64,000 nucleotides of DNA from Acholeplasmataceae bacterium (GCA_963667565.1 OY763415.1:1408001-1472000), one strand, 5' to 3'. Positions 20,482-31,858 are shown, counted from the first letter of the stretch. Program-made: numbers and translations. Notes: generated by a model from the sequence alone, not told the origin.

Positions 20482-22173
20482 TTATAATTTGGAATCATCA
20501 ATGCCATCAAGATAAGCTTTGATGGGTTCAATGACATCTTTAACAGTGCCGTCAACAAATGGATTTTGTAATCCAGCTGCACCAATGAGCTCAACGAAAC
20601 TCTTTGATCCACCTAATTTACATAATTCAATGTATTCTTCTACTGCTTTTTTATGGTCTTCTTGACTTTTAACCCAAAATTGGAAAGCACATACTTGAGC
20701 TAATGTATAGTCAATATAATAGAATGGTGCACCAAAAATGTGACCTTGTCTATACCAAAATGTTCCTTTTTCCATAAATGCATCATCATCATAATCTTTG
20801 AATGGTAAATATTTCTTTTCAATATCTCTCCATAAGGCTTTTCTTTCTTCTGGTGTCATATTTGGGTTTTCATAAACGCCATGTTGGAATTCATCAACAC
20901 TTACACCATATGGTAAGAATGAGATTGATGAAGCTAAATGATTAAATTTATATTTTTCAGTATCTTCTAAGAAGAATTGATTGACCCATGGCCATGCCAA
21001 GAATTCCATACTCATTGAGTGGATTTCAGCTGACTCCATCGTTGGCCAACGATAATCAGGAATTTGATCTCTACTTGAGAACACTTGGAAAGCATGTCCT
21101 GCTTCATGTGTTAATACATCTACATCGTGTGATGTACCATTAAAGTTAGCAAAAATAAATGGTGAATCATATTTAGGGATATATGTACAATATCCTCCAC
21201 CTTGTTTTCCTGGTTTTGAATCAAGGTCCAATAATTCTCTTTCAACCATGAAATCAATAAATTTACCGGTTGGCTCACTCATTTCATGATACATATTAAC
21301 TGCAATATCTAACATCCAATCTCTATCGCCTTTAGGTGTTGGATTACCTGATAAGAATGATAGTGCTAAGTCATATGATTTAGGAGATTTGATACCTAAA
21401 CGAATTGCTTTTCTTTGTGTAAGTTCATTAACTACAGGTACGACTTCTTTATAGATTTGATCACGGTAACCTTTAACATCTTTGCTGTTATAGTCTGTTC
21501 TACCGAAGCGATCATATCCAAGTTGAACAAAGTTTTCATAGCCTAATTTATGAGCGATTTCTGTTCTAACTTTGACCATATCATCATAAATTCTATCTAG
21601 TTGAGCTTCGTTTTCTTCAAAGAACTTAGAAACTGCAAGTTGAGCTCTATGTCTAACATCACGATCGGTGGATTGAACAAAAGGTGCCATTTGACTTAAA
21701 TTATAAGTGCCACCATCAAATTCAATTTGAGCAGATGCAATTAATTTAGAGTATTCAGTTGATAACTTGTTTTCTTTTTGAAGATCTGGAATAATCTCTG
21801 GTTTAAAAGTTTTTCTTGCAAGTTCACCACTTCTAAAAATTAAAGTGCCATACTTTTCTTCAAGAGCTTTTCTATTTTTAGAACTTAACAATTTGTCATT
21901 AAATTCATGACTATATTGTCCTAAAACGGGACCATTTTCATCAAAAAACGCTTGTTCTTCTTCATAAAACTTATCTTTAGTGTCAACGCTATTACGAATA
22001 GAAACTAAAGTTCCCATGGTTCCAATTTCATCAAAAGCTTTAAATAAATTTTCAATTGCTTGAACTTCTTCTTCTAATGAAACATCAGAGCCAATGACTT
22101 TAAGGTCTTTTTCTACAGTAGCTTTGAAGGCTTCTAGATCAGGTCTTTGATATTGATAATCTTTAAATTTCAT
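20482..22173 (-). CDS. M3 family oligoendopeptidase
   Basis: GKQGGGYCT, LTHEAGHAFQ, AEIHSMSME, PFYYIDY. Confidence 0.93.
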   Translation of the reverse strand: MKFKDYQYQRPDLEAFKATVEKDLKVIGSDVSLEEEVQAIENLFKAFDEIGTMGTLVSIRNSVDTKDKFYEEEQAFFDENGPVLGQYSHEFNDKLLSSKNRKALEEKYGTLIFRSGELARKTFKPEIIPDLQKENKLSTEYSKLIASAQIEFDGGTYNLSQMAPFVQSTDRDVRHRAQLAVSKFFEENEAQLDRIYDDMVKVRTEIAHKLGYENFVQLGYDRFGRTDYNSKDVKGYRDQIYKEVVPVVNELTQRKAIRLGIKSPKSYDLALSFLSGNPTPKGDRDWMLDIAVNMYHEMSEPTGKFIDFMVERELLDLDSKPGKQGGGYCTYIPKYDSPFIFANFNGTSHDVDVLTHEAGHAFQVFSSRDQIPDYRWPTMESAEIHSMSMEFLAWPWVNQFFLEDTEKYKFNHLASSISFLPYGVSVDEFQHGVYENPNMTPEERKALWRDIEKKYLPFKDYDDDAFMEKGTFWYRQGHIFGAPFYYIDYTLAQVCAFQFWVKSQEDHKKAVEEYIELCKLGGSKSFVELIGAAGLQNPFVDGTVKDVIEPIKAYLDGIDDSKL

Positions 22174-22275
22174 ATTGCGCCTCTTTCTATATACTTATTA
22201 TTTATAAGTATAACATAATAATGATAAATACATAAGTTATTTATATTTCTTAACACAATCTCATATAAAACAAAG

Positions 22276-22300
22276 AAAAAAGGATGAAATCATCCTTTTT
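22276..22300 (-). terminator. adhE terminator
   Basis: AAAAAAGGATG-AAAT-CATCCTTTTT. Confidence 0.75.
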
Positions 22301-24899
22301 ATTTAAACACTTTAATTAATATTTGTTTCATATCTTCAACAAGCGGAAGACGTGGGTTTGCAGGACTACATTGGTCTTCGTAAGCTAGATAAGCCATAAG
22401 TTCAACATTATCCATATAATCTTTCTCGTTGACGCTTTGTTCTCTTAGACTCATTTTAATGCCTAAGCTTTCGCCTAAGTCATAAACAGCTTGTGCAAGT
22501 GATTCGACACCTTCTTCGACTGTTTTTGCTTTTAAACCTAATAGTCTTGCTACTTTTTGATATTTTTCATCAGCTACATAGAAATTATATTTTGGCCATG
22601 TAGCAAGTTTTGATGGTTTTTGACCATTGTATCTAATGACTTCAGGTAATAAAATTGCATTGATTCTACCATGAGGGACATGGAACAATCCGCCAATTTT
22701 ATGTGCCATTGAATGAGAAATACCTAAGAATGCATTACCAAAAGCCATACCTGCCATCGTTGATGCATTATGCATTTTTTCTCTTGCTTCAAAATCGTTT
22801 CCGTTATCAACTGCACGTTTTAAATACTTAAATACCATTTCAATTGCAGATAGTGCAAGTGCATCTGTATAGTCATTGGATAATGTAGATACATATGATT
22901 CAAGTGCATGTGTTAACACATCCATACCTGTATCAGCAGTCACTGATTTAGGTTGTGATAAGGTAAGTGCTGGATCTACAATAGCAACTGTTGGTGTTAA
23001 TGAGTAATCAGCTAGCGGATATTTTTTATTTTCTTTCTTATCTGTTATAACTGCAAAAGGTGTTACTTCACTACCTGTACCTGATGTTGTTGGAATACAA
23101 ACGAGTTTGCTCTTCTTACCAAGTTCTGGATATCTAAATGCACGTTTTCTAATATCCATGAATTTTTGTTTTAAGTCATTGAAATCAACTTCTGGATGTT
23201 CATAGAATAACCACATTGCTTTTGCTGCATCCATAGGTGAACCACCACCGATGGCAATAATTGTATCTGGTTCAAATGAACGCATAATTTGGAATCCTTT
23301 ATTGACTGTATCAATGGAAGGATCTGGTTCAACATCACAGAACAATTGAACTTGAACTTTATTTCTTCTTAAGTTAAGTTGATCTGTAATCTTTTGTACA
23401 TAACCTAAGTCAACCATCACTCTATCAGTGACTATAAAGACTTTTTCAACTTCATGCATTTGTCTTAAGTACTCAATAGAATCTCTTTCAAAATAAATCT
23501 TAGAAGGCACTTTAAACCATTGCATATTATTCTTTCTTCTTCCTATCTTTTTAATATTTAATAAATGAGTTGCACTAACGTTATCCCCGACACTATTATG
23601 TCCGTAGCTACCGCATCCTAGTGTAAGTGATGGGATGAATTGATTATATACTTGTCCAATACCTCCAAATGTTGTAGGAGAGTTATGAATGATTCTAATG
23701 GCTTTCATAGCAAGACCAAATTTTTGAACAACTTCTTTGTCTTCTGCATGAATACATGCGCTATGTCCCAAACCATTAAATTCGACCATTTGTTTAGATT
23801 TTAAAATACCTTCTTCTTCTGTCTTAACATCATAAAATGCTAAGATTGGAGACAGCTTTTCTCTGCTAAATGGTTCCAATTCACCAACTTCTTGACAAAC
23901 AACACCTAAGATAACTGTGTTAGCTGGAACTTCAATACCGACTTGCTTAGCAATAGATACAGCAGATTGTCCTACAATAGATGCATTTAATTTTGCTTTT
24001 GCACCATCTTTATAATCAGATACACCAAATGCTAATTGCATTAATTTTAATTTTTCTTCTTCATTTAAAATATATGTACCAAATTGTTTAAAGCGATTCA
24101 TTGCTTCTTTGTATAACTCATGATCAATGAAACATGCTTGTTCAGATGCGCAAACCATTCCGTTATCAAATGCTTTAGACATCACGACATCATTAACCGC
24201 TTGTTTTAAGTTTGCTGTTTTATGAATGTATGCTGGTACATTTCCTGCACCAACACCTAATGCTGGTTTACCGCATGAATAAGCAGCTTTAACCATCGCA
24301 TTTCCACCAGTAGCAAGTATTAAACTTACACCTTCATGATTCATAAGTTCACTGGTCGCTTCCATTGAAGGTGTTTCAATCCATTGAATACAATGTTCTG
24401 GTGCACCTGCAGCAACTGCTGCATCTCTGACAACACGTGCCGCTTCAATTGAACATTGTTGTGCATTTGGATGAAACGAGAAAATAATTGGATTTCTAGT
24501 TTTTAAAGAAATGATACTTTTAAAAATTGCTGTTGATGTTGGATTTGTTACTGGAACAATACCACAAATAACACCTACTGGATCTGCAATCATTGTGATG
24601 CCACTGACATCATCCTCACTAATCACACCTACTGTTTTTAAATGTCTGATGTGATTCACTACATATTCTACTGCAAATAAATTCTTTGTTGCCTTATCTT
24701 CAAAAACGCCTCTTTTTGTTTCGTTAACCGCTGCTAAAGCAAGTCTTCCATGAGCTTCAAGAGCTGCTACAGAAACTTTAGCAATAATGTGGTCAACTTG
24801 TTCTTGAGTAAACGTATAAAAAGTCTCAAGAGCATTTTGAGCATTTTGAACAAGACCATTGACTTGAGACGCTACTGTCTCTTTCATGTCTTTTTCCAT
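22299..24899 (-). CDS. adhE: bifunctional acetaldehyde-CoA/alcohol dehydrogenase
   Basis: PVTNPTST, GVGAGN, FDNGMVCASEQ, GGGSPMD, GTGSEVT, HSMAHK. Confidence 0.97.
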   Translation of the reverse strand: MEKDMKETVASQVNGLVQNAQNALETFYTFTQEQVDHIIAKVSVAALEAHGRLALAAVNETKRGVFEDKATKNLFAVEYVVNHIRHLKTVGVISEDDVSGITMIADPVGVICGIVPVTNPTSTAIFKSIISLKTRNPIIFSFHPNAQQCSIEAARVVRDAAVAAGAPEHCIQWIETPSMEATSELMNHEGVSLILATGGNAMVKAAYSCGKPALGVGAGNVPAYIHKTANLKQAVNDVVMSKAFDNGMVCASEQACFIDHELYKEAMNRFKQFGTYILNEEEKLKLMQLAFGVSDYKDGAKAKLNASIVGQSAVSIAKQVGIEVPANTVILGVVCQEVGELEPFSREKLSPILAFYDVKTEEEGILKSKQMVEFNGLGHSACIHAEDKEVVQKFGLAMKAIRIIHNSPTTFGGIGQVYNQFIPSLTLGCGSYGHNSVGDNVSATHLLNIKKIGRRKNNMQWFKVPSKIYFERDSIEYLRQMHEVEKVFIVTDRVMVDLGYVQKITDQLNLRRNKVQVQLFCDVEPDPSIDTVNKGFQIMRSFEPDTIIAIGGGSPMDAAKAMWLFYEHPEVDFNDLKQKFMDIRKRAFRYPELGKKSKLVCIPTTSGTGSEVTPFAVITDKKENKKYPLADYSLTPTVAIVDPALTLSQPKSVTADTGMDVLTHALESYVSTLSNDYTDALALSAIEMVFKYLKRAVDNGNDFEAREKMHNASTMAGMAFGNAFLGISHSMAHKIGGLFHVPHGRINAILLPEVIRYNGQKPSKLATWPKYNFYVADEKYQKVARLLGLKAKTVEEGVESLAQAVYDLGESLGIKMSLREQSVNEKDYMDNVELMAYLAYEDQCSPANPRLPLVEDMKQILIKVFK

Positions 24900-24973
24900 G
24901 ATTAAGTTTTCCTTTCGAGTTTGTTACCTATATTTTTTCACCTTTATCATGAATTTGCAATAAGGAGTAAACT

Positions 24974-25007
24974 GTAAAACGTTTTCTTAAAAATGAAAAT
25001 GTTTACA
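24974..25007. promoter_or_regulatory. two cre/LacI-type operator-like palindromes upstream of adhE
   Basis: GTAAAACGTTTTCT (24974-24987) and TGAAAATGTTTACA (24994-25007) resemble TGWAANCGNTNWCA. Confidence 0.45.
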
Positions 25008-25045
25008 TGATACTTATACTAAATTATAAGATGAAACTTAAAAAT

Positions 25046-25073
25046 AAAAACCTCTAAATTTTAGAGGTTTTTT
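25046..25073 (-). terminator. terminator after nuclease gene
   Basis: AAAAACCTCTAAA-T-TTTAGAGGTTTTT. Confidence 0.75.
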
Positions 25074-25081
25074 AAGTTCTT

Positions 25082-26536
25082 TTAATTTGCGTAAATATAA
25101 TCGATGAATTCAGGGTGATCAATAAATGGGTTTCTATTACCTTGTAATTCATATATTTTTTCATTTCTATAAAGTTCAAATGCATCCACAGGATCATTAG
25201 CTGCCCATTGTAGCAATGTTGCTAAATCGCCCATTTGATAAACATTTGGATCACCTGATGAAATATTGATTAAATGAAGATTTGAATACATTAAATCCAT
25301 ATAAAGTAAGATTCTAGCAACATCTCCTTTAACAGCATTTCTTGGTGCATAACTATATGTCGTCGTTGTATTTGCATACCATTTATTCCCACGACTAGAG
25401 TTTTCATTTGGATTAGCAGGTTTTAAGTTTTGTAAATCTGATGCTTGATTAACAACACTATTATCAGCGCTAACGCCAAGTAAAGATTGTGGCCAAACAT
25501 GTTCTCTGTTCCAAGTTGCACCACCATCCCAATATCCTGATACTGATGTCCCTTTATAAACAAGAATAAGGTTTGAACTATTCGTAGGATCAACATCTGT
25601 ATCATCTAACATATATCTTGCATCACCATAAGTGACTCCGTGGAATCCTGTGTTAATGATTGTGTGTAATTGATTATATAATTCATCTCCAAATAATCCT
25701 GTAACACTTGCATAATAACCGGTATAAGTTGATTCTTCAATCCATTTTGCATAAACAACAACACTTTCATATGGCATGTAGTTAAATGTAAAACTTTGAG
25801 TAAGTGCTTGATCACTAAACCAACCTAAGAATGTATATCCATCTTTAGTAGGATCTGTTGGTTCTGAAATAGACACACCACCATTTGCTGCAATTTGAGA
25901 AACTGCACTACCACCATTACTATCAAAAGTAATTGTATAAACATTGGTATCTATATAATTCCATTTTGCATATAAAGTGATATCACCACTTGGCATTGTA
26001 GAAAACGTAAATTGTCTTAAGTAATTTGTTGTTGAATACCAACCCGCAAATTCATAATCTGCTCTTGTTGGATTTTCTGGTGCTGTAATTTGATCACCTT
26101 CAGCGGCAATAATTGGGTCTACTGCTGATCCACCTTGTGTATCAAATGTGATCTTATACATGCTACTTTCATTTAATCCGATGACTGTTACATAAACATA
26201 ACCGAAAGTAATTTCATCTGCATAATTAAGTGTATACATGAGTGTGACATCCTGATCACTATCGCCTCTAGTGACAATACCATCATTGGTAATTGCTATA
26301 GGATTGTAACTCATCCAACTGATCTCTGCGCTACTATCTAACTCTGATGTTGTTGGAAAACCAAGATTTGAAGTGACATAGTTTGCTTGATCCCCATCAG
26401 CATAATCAATTGTAATAGCAGCAGCTATTTCATCAATTGTATAATCGTATGTCGGTCCCGAAATGATTGGGTCACAACTTGAAAGTAAGAGTAGAGATCC
26501 AATAAAGAATAATAACATTAAGCTTTTTTTTATCAT
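25082..26536 (-). CDS. lipoprotein extracellular nuclease (Ig-like domain, two InlB B/Listeria-Bacteroides repeats, endonuclease I domain)
   Basis: Lipobox LLLLSSC; two YxITFDxxGGS..P.(R/K)..Y.F.GW..YAKW repeats; WNREHVWPQS, KGDVARILLYM, QGNRNPFIDHP. Confidence 0.9.
   Translation of the reverse strand: MIKKSLMLLFFIGSLLLLSSCDPIISGPTYDYTIDEIAAAITIDYADGDQANYVTSNLGFPTTSELDSSAEISWMSYNPIAITNDGIVTRGDSDQDVTLMYTLNYADEITFGYVYVTVIGLNESSMYKITFDTQGGSAVDPIIAAEGDQITAPENPTRADYEFAGWYSTTNYLRQFTFSTMPSGDITLYAKWNYIDTNVYTITFDSNGGSAVSQIAANGGVSISEPTDPTKDGYTFLGWFSDQALTQSFTFNYMPYESVVVYAKWIEESTYTGYYASVTGLFGDELYNQLHTIINTGFHGVTYGDARYMLDDTDVDPTNSSNLILVYKGTSVSGYWDGGATWNREHVWPQSLLGVSADNSVVNQASDLQNLKPANPNENSSRGNKWYANTTTTYSYAPRNAVKGDVARILLYMDLMYSNLHLINISSGDPNVYQMGDLATLLQWAANDPVDAFELYRNEKIYELQGNRNPFIDHPEFIDYIYAN
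25742..26158 (-). repeat. two tandem InlB B-type protein repeats inside nuclease gene
   Basis: Units at about 26158-25961 and 25939-25742, each from YxITFD to YAKW. Confidence 0.8.
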
Positions 26537-26598
26537 TGGAAAAACTCCTTCATTTATGAGTGCATATTTATTATATAACGACTATTCTATTTATACAA

Positions 26599-26625
26599 TA
26601 AAAAAAACAAGCTTACGCTTGTTTT
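26599..26625 (-). terminator. terminator of ribosomal superoperon
   Basis: AAAACAAGC-TTAC-GCTTGTTTT with T-run on minus strand after rplQ. Confidence 0.75.
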
Positions 26626-26630
26626 AATCA

Positions 26631-26987
26631 TTATACAAATTCAATAATTGCCATTGGCGCAGCATCGCCACGTCTTGGAACTGTTTTAATAATTCTAGTG
26701 TAACCGCCTGTGCGATCTTTATATCTTGGACCGATTTCATCAAATAATTTTTGAAGTGCATTTTGTCCTTCTTTAACTTCTTCAAAACGAACAGTTTCAG
26801 CAGCTTGTCTACGAGAAGCTAATGAACCATCTTTTGCTAAAGTCACCATCTTGTCAGCTAACTTTTTTAATTCTTTAGCTTTAGATTCTGTTGTAACAAT
26901 GCGTTCATTAATGATAATATCAGTTACTAAGTCGCGTAATAATGCTTTTCTTTGATCGCTTGTGCGTCCTAATCTACGATAACCCAT
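26631..26987 (-). CDS. rplQ: 50S ribosomal protein L17
   Basis: [28 protein letters not shown]. Confidence 0.97.
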   Translation of the reverse strand: MGYRRLGRTSDQRKALLRDLVTDIIINERIVTTESKAKELKKLADKMVTLAKDGSLASRRQAAETVRFEEVKEGQNALQKLFDEIGPRYKDRTGGYTRIIKTVPRRGDAAPMAIIEFV

Positions 26988-26992
26988 GGTAT

Positions 26993-27982
26993 TTACTCCT
27001 TATCTTCATCGTCTAAACTAAACTTAGTTTCTTTATTCGATGTATTTTCAAATTCAAGACCATGTTCAGAAAGTTTTTCTTTTAATTCTTTAAAAGACTT
27101 TCTTCCTAAACTACGAAGTCTCATGACATCTTCTTCTGTCATTTTAATGATTTGTGCAACTGTATAAATACCTGAACGTTTTAAACTATTGAATAGTCTT
27201 ACAGATAAATCAAGTTGTTCAATCTTCATTTCTAATTTTTTATTCACTGGTTCTTCTTCTTGTTCATAGATGAAATCAGCATCTTTTGCAAGTTCACTAA
27301 TTTCACTAATCACAGCAAAGTAGTCAATAAGCATTTTTGAAGCTAATCCTAAAGCGTCTTTTGCTTCAATTGCGCCGTTAGTTTCGATTTCTAATGTAAG
27401 TTCATCTTCATCGCCACGTGTTTTTTCAATATGATATGATACACGTTCAACTGGTGTATAGATAGAATCGATTGGGATAACACTTTTTTCATTCTTGCTA
27501 TAAGCTTTATTCTTCTCTGCAGATACATAACCAACACCGCGTCTGATTGTTACAACCATAGATAATGAGCCGTTTTCTGATAAAGTAGCAATCACTTGAT
27601 CAGGGTTAACCACTTCAACACCATCAACATGCGTAAAATCAGCAGCTGTTACTTTTCCAGCACCTACTGCATATAATTCTAATTTTTGTTCAAAATCAGG
27701 ATCATCAGATTCAACAGTGAAAATAACTTTCTTTAAGTTTAATACAATACCCATAACGTCTTCATAAACGCCATCGATTGTAGAAAACTCATGCTCTACA
27801 CCATCAATTTTAATATTGACGATTGCAGCACCTGGAAGTGAAGATAATAATACACGTCTTAAGGCGTTCCCAAGTGTAATACCATAACCACGTTCTAATG
27901 GTTTAATGACAAACTTACCTTTTGTGCCATCAACTGAAATCTCTTCAACTGAAGTTGGTTTTTCAAACTTTAAGTCTTTCAT
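26993..27982 (-). CDS. rpoA: RNA polymerase alpha subunit
   Basis: [32 protein letters not shown]. Confidence 0.98.
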   Translation of the reverse strand: MKDLKFEKPTSVEEISVDGTKGKFVIKPLERGYGITLGNALRRVLLSSLPGAAIVNIKIDGVEHEFSTIDGVYEDVMGIVLNLKKVIFTVESDDPDFEQKLELYAVGAGKVTAADFTHVDGVEVVNPDQVIATLSENGSLSMVVTIRRGVGYVSAEKNKAYSKNEKSVIPIDSIYTPVERVSYHIEKTRGDEDELTLEIETNGAIEAKDALGLASKMLIDYFAVISEISELAKDADFIYEQEEEPVNKKLEMKIEQLDLSVRLFNSLKRSGIYTVAQIIKMTEEDVMRLRSLGRKSFKELKEKLSEHGLEFENTSNKETKFSLDDEDKE

Positions 27983-28000
27983 TCGTTATCCCTCCTATGA

Positions 28001-28387
28001 TTATCCACGTGGACGTTTTGGTGGTCTACATCCATTATGTGGTACTGGTGTTACGTCTTTAATAGCTGTAATTTCTAACCCTGCAGCTTGTAATGAACGA
28101 ATTGCTGCTTCACGTCCAGGACCTGGACCTTTAACATTAACTTCGACTTTAATCATACCTTGATCCATTGCACCTTTTGCAGCAGCTTCTGCTGAATTTT
28201 GTGCAGCGAATGGTGTAGATTTCTTGCTGCCTTTAAACCCTAGTGCACCAGCACTGCTCCATGCAACAGCATTACCATCCATATCAGTAATGGTTACAAT
28301 TGTATTATTAAAAGTTGTGTGAATGTGTGCAACACCAAGGGGAATATTCTTTTTAACTCTACGTTTCGTAGTTTTCTTACGTGCCAT
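28001..28387 (-). CDS. rpsK: 30S ribosomal protein S11
   Basis: [26 protein letters not shown]. Confidence 0.98.
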   Translation of the reverse strand: MARKKTTKRRVKKNIPLGVAHIHTTFNNTIVTITDMDGNAVAWSSAGALGFKGSKKSTPFAAQNSAEAAAKGAMDQGMIKVEVNVKGPGPGREAAIRSLQAAGLEITAIKDVTPVPHNGCRPPKRPRG

Positions 28388-28400
28388 GTCTTATTCCTCC

Positions 28401-28766
28401 TTATTTCTTCTTACCGGCAATTGCCTTTGGTTTACCTTTTCTTGTACGCGCATTATTTCTTGTGTTTTGACCACGTACTGGTAAACTTCTACGATGTCTC
28501 ATACCTCTGTATGAACCGATTTCCATTAAACGTTTAATGTTCATAGTGACTTCTCTTCTTAAATCACCTTCAACAGTGTACTTAGCTACTTCAGTACGAA
28601 TTCTTGATAATTCATCTTCAGTAAGTGCGTGTACACGCGCATCTTCAGACACTTCTGCGTCCTTTAGTATTTGTTTTGATGTTGTCAAACCAATACCATA
28701 AATATAAGTTAACGAAACCACGACACGTTTGTTACGTGGAATGTCGATACCTGCTATTCTAGCCAT
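28401..28766 (-). CDS. rpsM: 30S ribosomal protein S13
   Basis: [16 protein letters not shown]. Confidence 0.98.
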   Translation of the reverse strand: MARIAGIDIPRNKRVVVSLTYIYGIGLTTSKQILKDAEVSEDARVHALTEDELSRIRTEVAKYTVEGDLRREVTMNIKRLMEIGSYRGMRHRRSLPVRGQNTRNNARTRKGKPKAIAGKKK

Positions 28767-28777
28767 ATTTCCTCCTA

Positions 28778-28894
28778 CTAACCTTGTCTTTGGTTATGTC
28801 TTCTATTTTTTTTATTAATAACGTAAACTTTGCCTTTACGTCTTACAATGATATCATCTTCACTGCGTTTTTTTACGGATGCTCTAACTTTCAT
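28778..28894 (-). CDS. rpmJ: 50S ribosomal protein L36 (Cys-free form; missed by ORF track)
   Basis: Read manually: [47 protein letters not shown]; lies between infA and rpsM. Confidence 0.96.
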   Translation of the reverse strand: MKVRASVKKRSEDDIIVRRKGKVYVINKKNRRHNQRQG

Positions 28895-28905
28895 ATATAT
28901 CCTCC

Positions 28906-29127
28906 TTATTTGCGACGATATGTAATTCGGCCACGTGTTAAATCGTATGGTGATAATTCTACTGTTACTTTATCACCAGGTAAAATGCGTATGTTATTCA
29001 TGCGGATTTTACCGGATACATGTGCTAATACAATATGTCCATTCTGTATAAGTTCTACCTTAAATTTCGTATTTGGTAATACTTCTATTACGCGAGCTTC
29101 TGCCTCTATTAAATCTTGTCTTGCCAT
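28906..29127 (-). CDS. infA: translation initiation factor IF-1
   Basis: [30 protein letters not shown]. Confidence 0.98.
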   Translation of the reverse strand: MARQDLIEAEARVIEVLPNTKFKVELIQNGHIVLAHVSGKIRMNNIRILPGDKVTVELSPYDLTRGRITYRRK

Positions 29128-29131
29128 AGAT

Positions 29132-29890
29132 TCACTCCTTTTTTAGAGATGTCAAAATTTCATGTCCAGTTTCTGTGATTAATATCATATGCTCAAAATG
29201 TGCACTGGGTTTGTGGTCTGTTGTAATTGTTGTCCAATTATCCTTAAGTACTCTTACATGTTTAGTACCTAAATTTAACATGGGTTCAACACAAATCGTC
29301 ATGCCTGGTTTAAGTACAGGCCCAACATGTGGTTGTCCGTAATTTGGAACAAATGGATCTTCATGTAAACTTCTGCCAATACCATGTCCTGTAAACTCCT
29401 CAACAATGCCATAACCATAAGGTTTAACAAATGATTCGATTGCATGTGAAATGTCTTGTACATGATTGCCAGGAACGGCAAATTTCAATCCTTCGTAAAG
29501 TGATGCTTCAGTGATTTCTAATAGTTTTTTAACTTCATCACTGACTTCACCTACTGGATAAGTGGTTGCAGAATCGGCATGATAGCCTTTATAATTTACA
29601 CCAAAATCTAATGTCACGATATCGCCCTCTTTAAGTTTAACACTTTCAGATGGAATACCATGAACTACAACTTCATTAACTGAAGCACAAATTGATCCTG
29701 GAAAACCTTGATACCCTTTAAATGAAGGTGTACCACCAAGACTTCTAATGTGGGTTTCGGCGAGCTGATCGAGATGAAATGTGGAAACGCCTGGATGAAT
29801 ATGGTTTTTAACCATTTGTCTGGTTAACTCTAAAATTCTTCCAGCTTCTCTCATCAACTCGATCTCGCGATTTGATTTAATTTGAATCAA
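29132..29890 (-). CDS. map: type I methionine aminopeptidase
   Basis: [25 protein letters not shown]. Confidence 0.97.
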   Translation of the reverse strand: MIQIKSNREIELMREAGRILELTRQMVKNHIHPGVSTFHLDQLAETHIRSLGGTPSFKGYQGFPGSICASVNEVVVHGIPSESVKLKEGDIVTLDFGVNYKGYHADSATTYPVGEVSDEVKKLLEITEASLYEGLKFAVPGNHVQDISHAIESFVKPYGYGIVEEFTGHGIGRSLHEDPFVPNYGQPHVGPVLKPGMTICVEPMLNLGTKHVRVLKDNWTTITTDHKPSAHFEHMILITETGHEILTSLKKE

Positions 29891-30537
29891 TTGACCTCAC
29901 CTAAAACTTTCATAATTTGTTCATTTGTGTCGCTAATTTCTTTCGAGCCATCAATATGAACACATAATTTTTGCTTTTCATAATAACCAACAACTGGTTT
30001 TGTTTGTTCAAGATATATCTCAATACGATTAAGTACTGTTTCTTCTTGATCATCAACTCTTTGTATCAAATGTCCACCATCTAAATCACAGATGCCTTCT
30101 ACTTTAGGTTTATTGTTTTCGATATGATAAACTGCTCCACATGACTCACACACACGGCGTCCACTTATTCTTCCAATAAGTGTTTCCTTGTCCGCTTGAA
30201 TATCGATGACAGCATCAATCTTCCAACCTTTACTCTTCATGATTTGATCTAGTGCTTCTGCTTGAGCAAGATTACGAGGATATCCATCGAATAGGAATCC
30301 ATTTAGGACATCCTCTTTGTCTAATCTCAAACGAACAATTTCATTGGTGATGTCATCTGGAACGAGTTCACCACGATCAATGTAAGATTTAGCAATTTTT
30401 CCAATCTCGGAATCACCACTAAATAATTCTCTAAATATATCACCTGTAGAAATGTGTGGAATATGATAGTGCTTAATTAATAATTTAGATTCAGTACCCT
30501 TACCAACACCTGGCGGGCCCATGATAATTAAACGCAT
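29887..30537 (-). CDS. adk: adenylate kinase
   Basis: [23 protein letters not shown], lid CESC..CDLD. Confidence 0.97.
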   Translation of the reverse strand: MRLIIMGPPGVGKGTESKLLIKHYHIPHISTGDIFRELFSGDSEIGKIAKSYIDRGELVPDDITNEIVRLRLDKEDVLNGFLFDGYPRNLAQAEALDQIMKSKGWKIDAVIDIQADKETLIGRISGRRVCESCGAVYHIENNKPKVEGICDLDGGHLIQRVDDQEETVLNRIEIYLEQTKPVVGYYEKQKLCVHIDGSKEISDTNEQIMKVLGEVN

Positions 30538-30552
30538 TCCATCATCTCCTGA

Positions 30553-31857
30553 TTATCTAAATATTGATCCGTACTCGTTTTGAGCTGCATCAGTTTCGAT
30601 TTGTTGTGTGGTTTCAATAGCAACCCCAACAATAATCAATAAACTTGTACCACCTAAACGCACCGCACTTGCTTCAGCTGATGTGAAGTTAAATACAAGT
30701 GACGTTATGATTGGTAAAATAGCCAATAAGACTAAGTATGCAGTACCAATAACTGTGATCTTAAATAATAAGCTTGCAATATAATCTTGTGTGTCAATTC
30801 CTGGTCTAACACCTGGGATGTAAGAGTTTGATTTTGACAAGTTGTCTGACATCTTTTGTGGACTAATTTGTAAGAATGCATAAAAGAATGCAAAGATGAC
30901 AATTAAAATCACATATAAGATGAATCCAATAGGTTTACCTGTACTAAAGATATTTGTAAACCAGTTTGAAAGCGAATCTGATGCACTTGTAGCACCAACA
31001 ATTGATAATGGGATACTCATGATTGTTTGAGCAAAGATAACTGGAATAACCCCACCAACATTGAGTTTCATTGGAATGTTTGAATCAGATTTACCTTGAC
31101 GGTTTGCATATTGAATAGGAATCTTACGTTGAGCAATTTGCATATATACGACACCTAATAGGATACCGACATATAGTAAAATGATAACGATAAACCATAC
31201 ATATGACCAACCTGACGTTGAATTAATGATGTATTTAGACCATAAAGTTGTAACCATGACTGGTAAGCTTGATGCAATACCAGCAACAATTAACATAGAT
31301 GATCCATTACCTACACCTTTTTTAGTAATAAGACTTGCAAACCACATTGCAATTGCAGAGCCTGCAGTCATAACTAATGCCATGTATACATAGAAGAAAT
31401 AACGGAAACGATCAACAATGGATGCTTCAAGGCTTGAAGTTAATAAACTACCTCTAGTTGAGATACCTAGAATTAGTGCTAAAGCTTGGATAAACGCCAA
31501 GACAACAGCCATATATCTAGTCACTTTGTTAAGTTTTTGTTTACCTGTTTCACCTTGTTCGCTAAATTCTTTTAATTTAGGTATAACCATTTGTAATAAC
31601 TGAACACCAATGGATGCAGTAATATATGGCGTAATACCTAATGACATGATTGATAAATTTTGAAGTGATCTACCACTAAAGTTGTTCAAAATGGTAAAAT
31701 AATCGTTAGATAAAATACTTTGGATTGTTTGGTCGATTTGAACAAGAGGAACAGTCGTATTCGCTAAGATTCTAACAAATAACAGTATAAGTAATGTAAA
31801 TGCTATACGTAGCATTATGGTTTTGTTACTGAGAACTCTTTTTATACGTGTCCACAC
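30553..31857 (-). CDS. secY: preprotein translocase SecY
   Basis: LGITPYITAS, GVGNG, IPGVRPG, GGTSLLIIVGV. Confidence 0.97.
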   Translation of the reverse strand: MWTRIKRVLSNKTIMLRIAFTLLILLFVRILANTTVPLVQIDQTIQSILSNDYFTILNNFSGRSLQNLSIMSLGITPYITASIGVQLLQMVIPKLKEFSEQGETGKQKLNKVTRYMAVVLAFIQALALILGISTRGSLLTSSLEASIVDRFRYFFYVYMALVMTAGSAIAMWFASLITKKGVGNGSSMLIVAGIASSLPVMVTTLWSKYIINSTSGWSYVWFIVIILLYVGILLGVVYMQIAQRKIPIQYANRQGKSDSNIPMKLNVGGVIPVIFAQTIMSIPLSIVGATSASDSLSNWFTNIFSTGKPIGFILYVILIVIFAFFYAFLQISPQKMSDNLSKSNSYIPGVRPGIDTQDYIASLLFKITVIGTAYLVLLAILPIITSLVFNFTSAEASAVRLGGTSLLIIVGVAIETTQQIETDAAQNEYGSIFR

Positions 31858-31858
31858 T

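Noticed and set aside
24915..24945. Rex operator upstream of adhE
   Set aside because: Half-sites TTGTTA and TTCAC are not at the 18-bp Rex spacing
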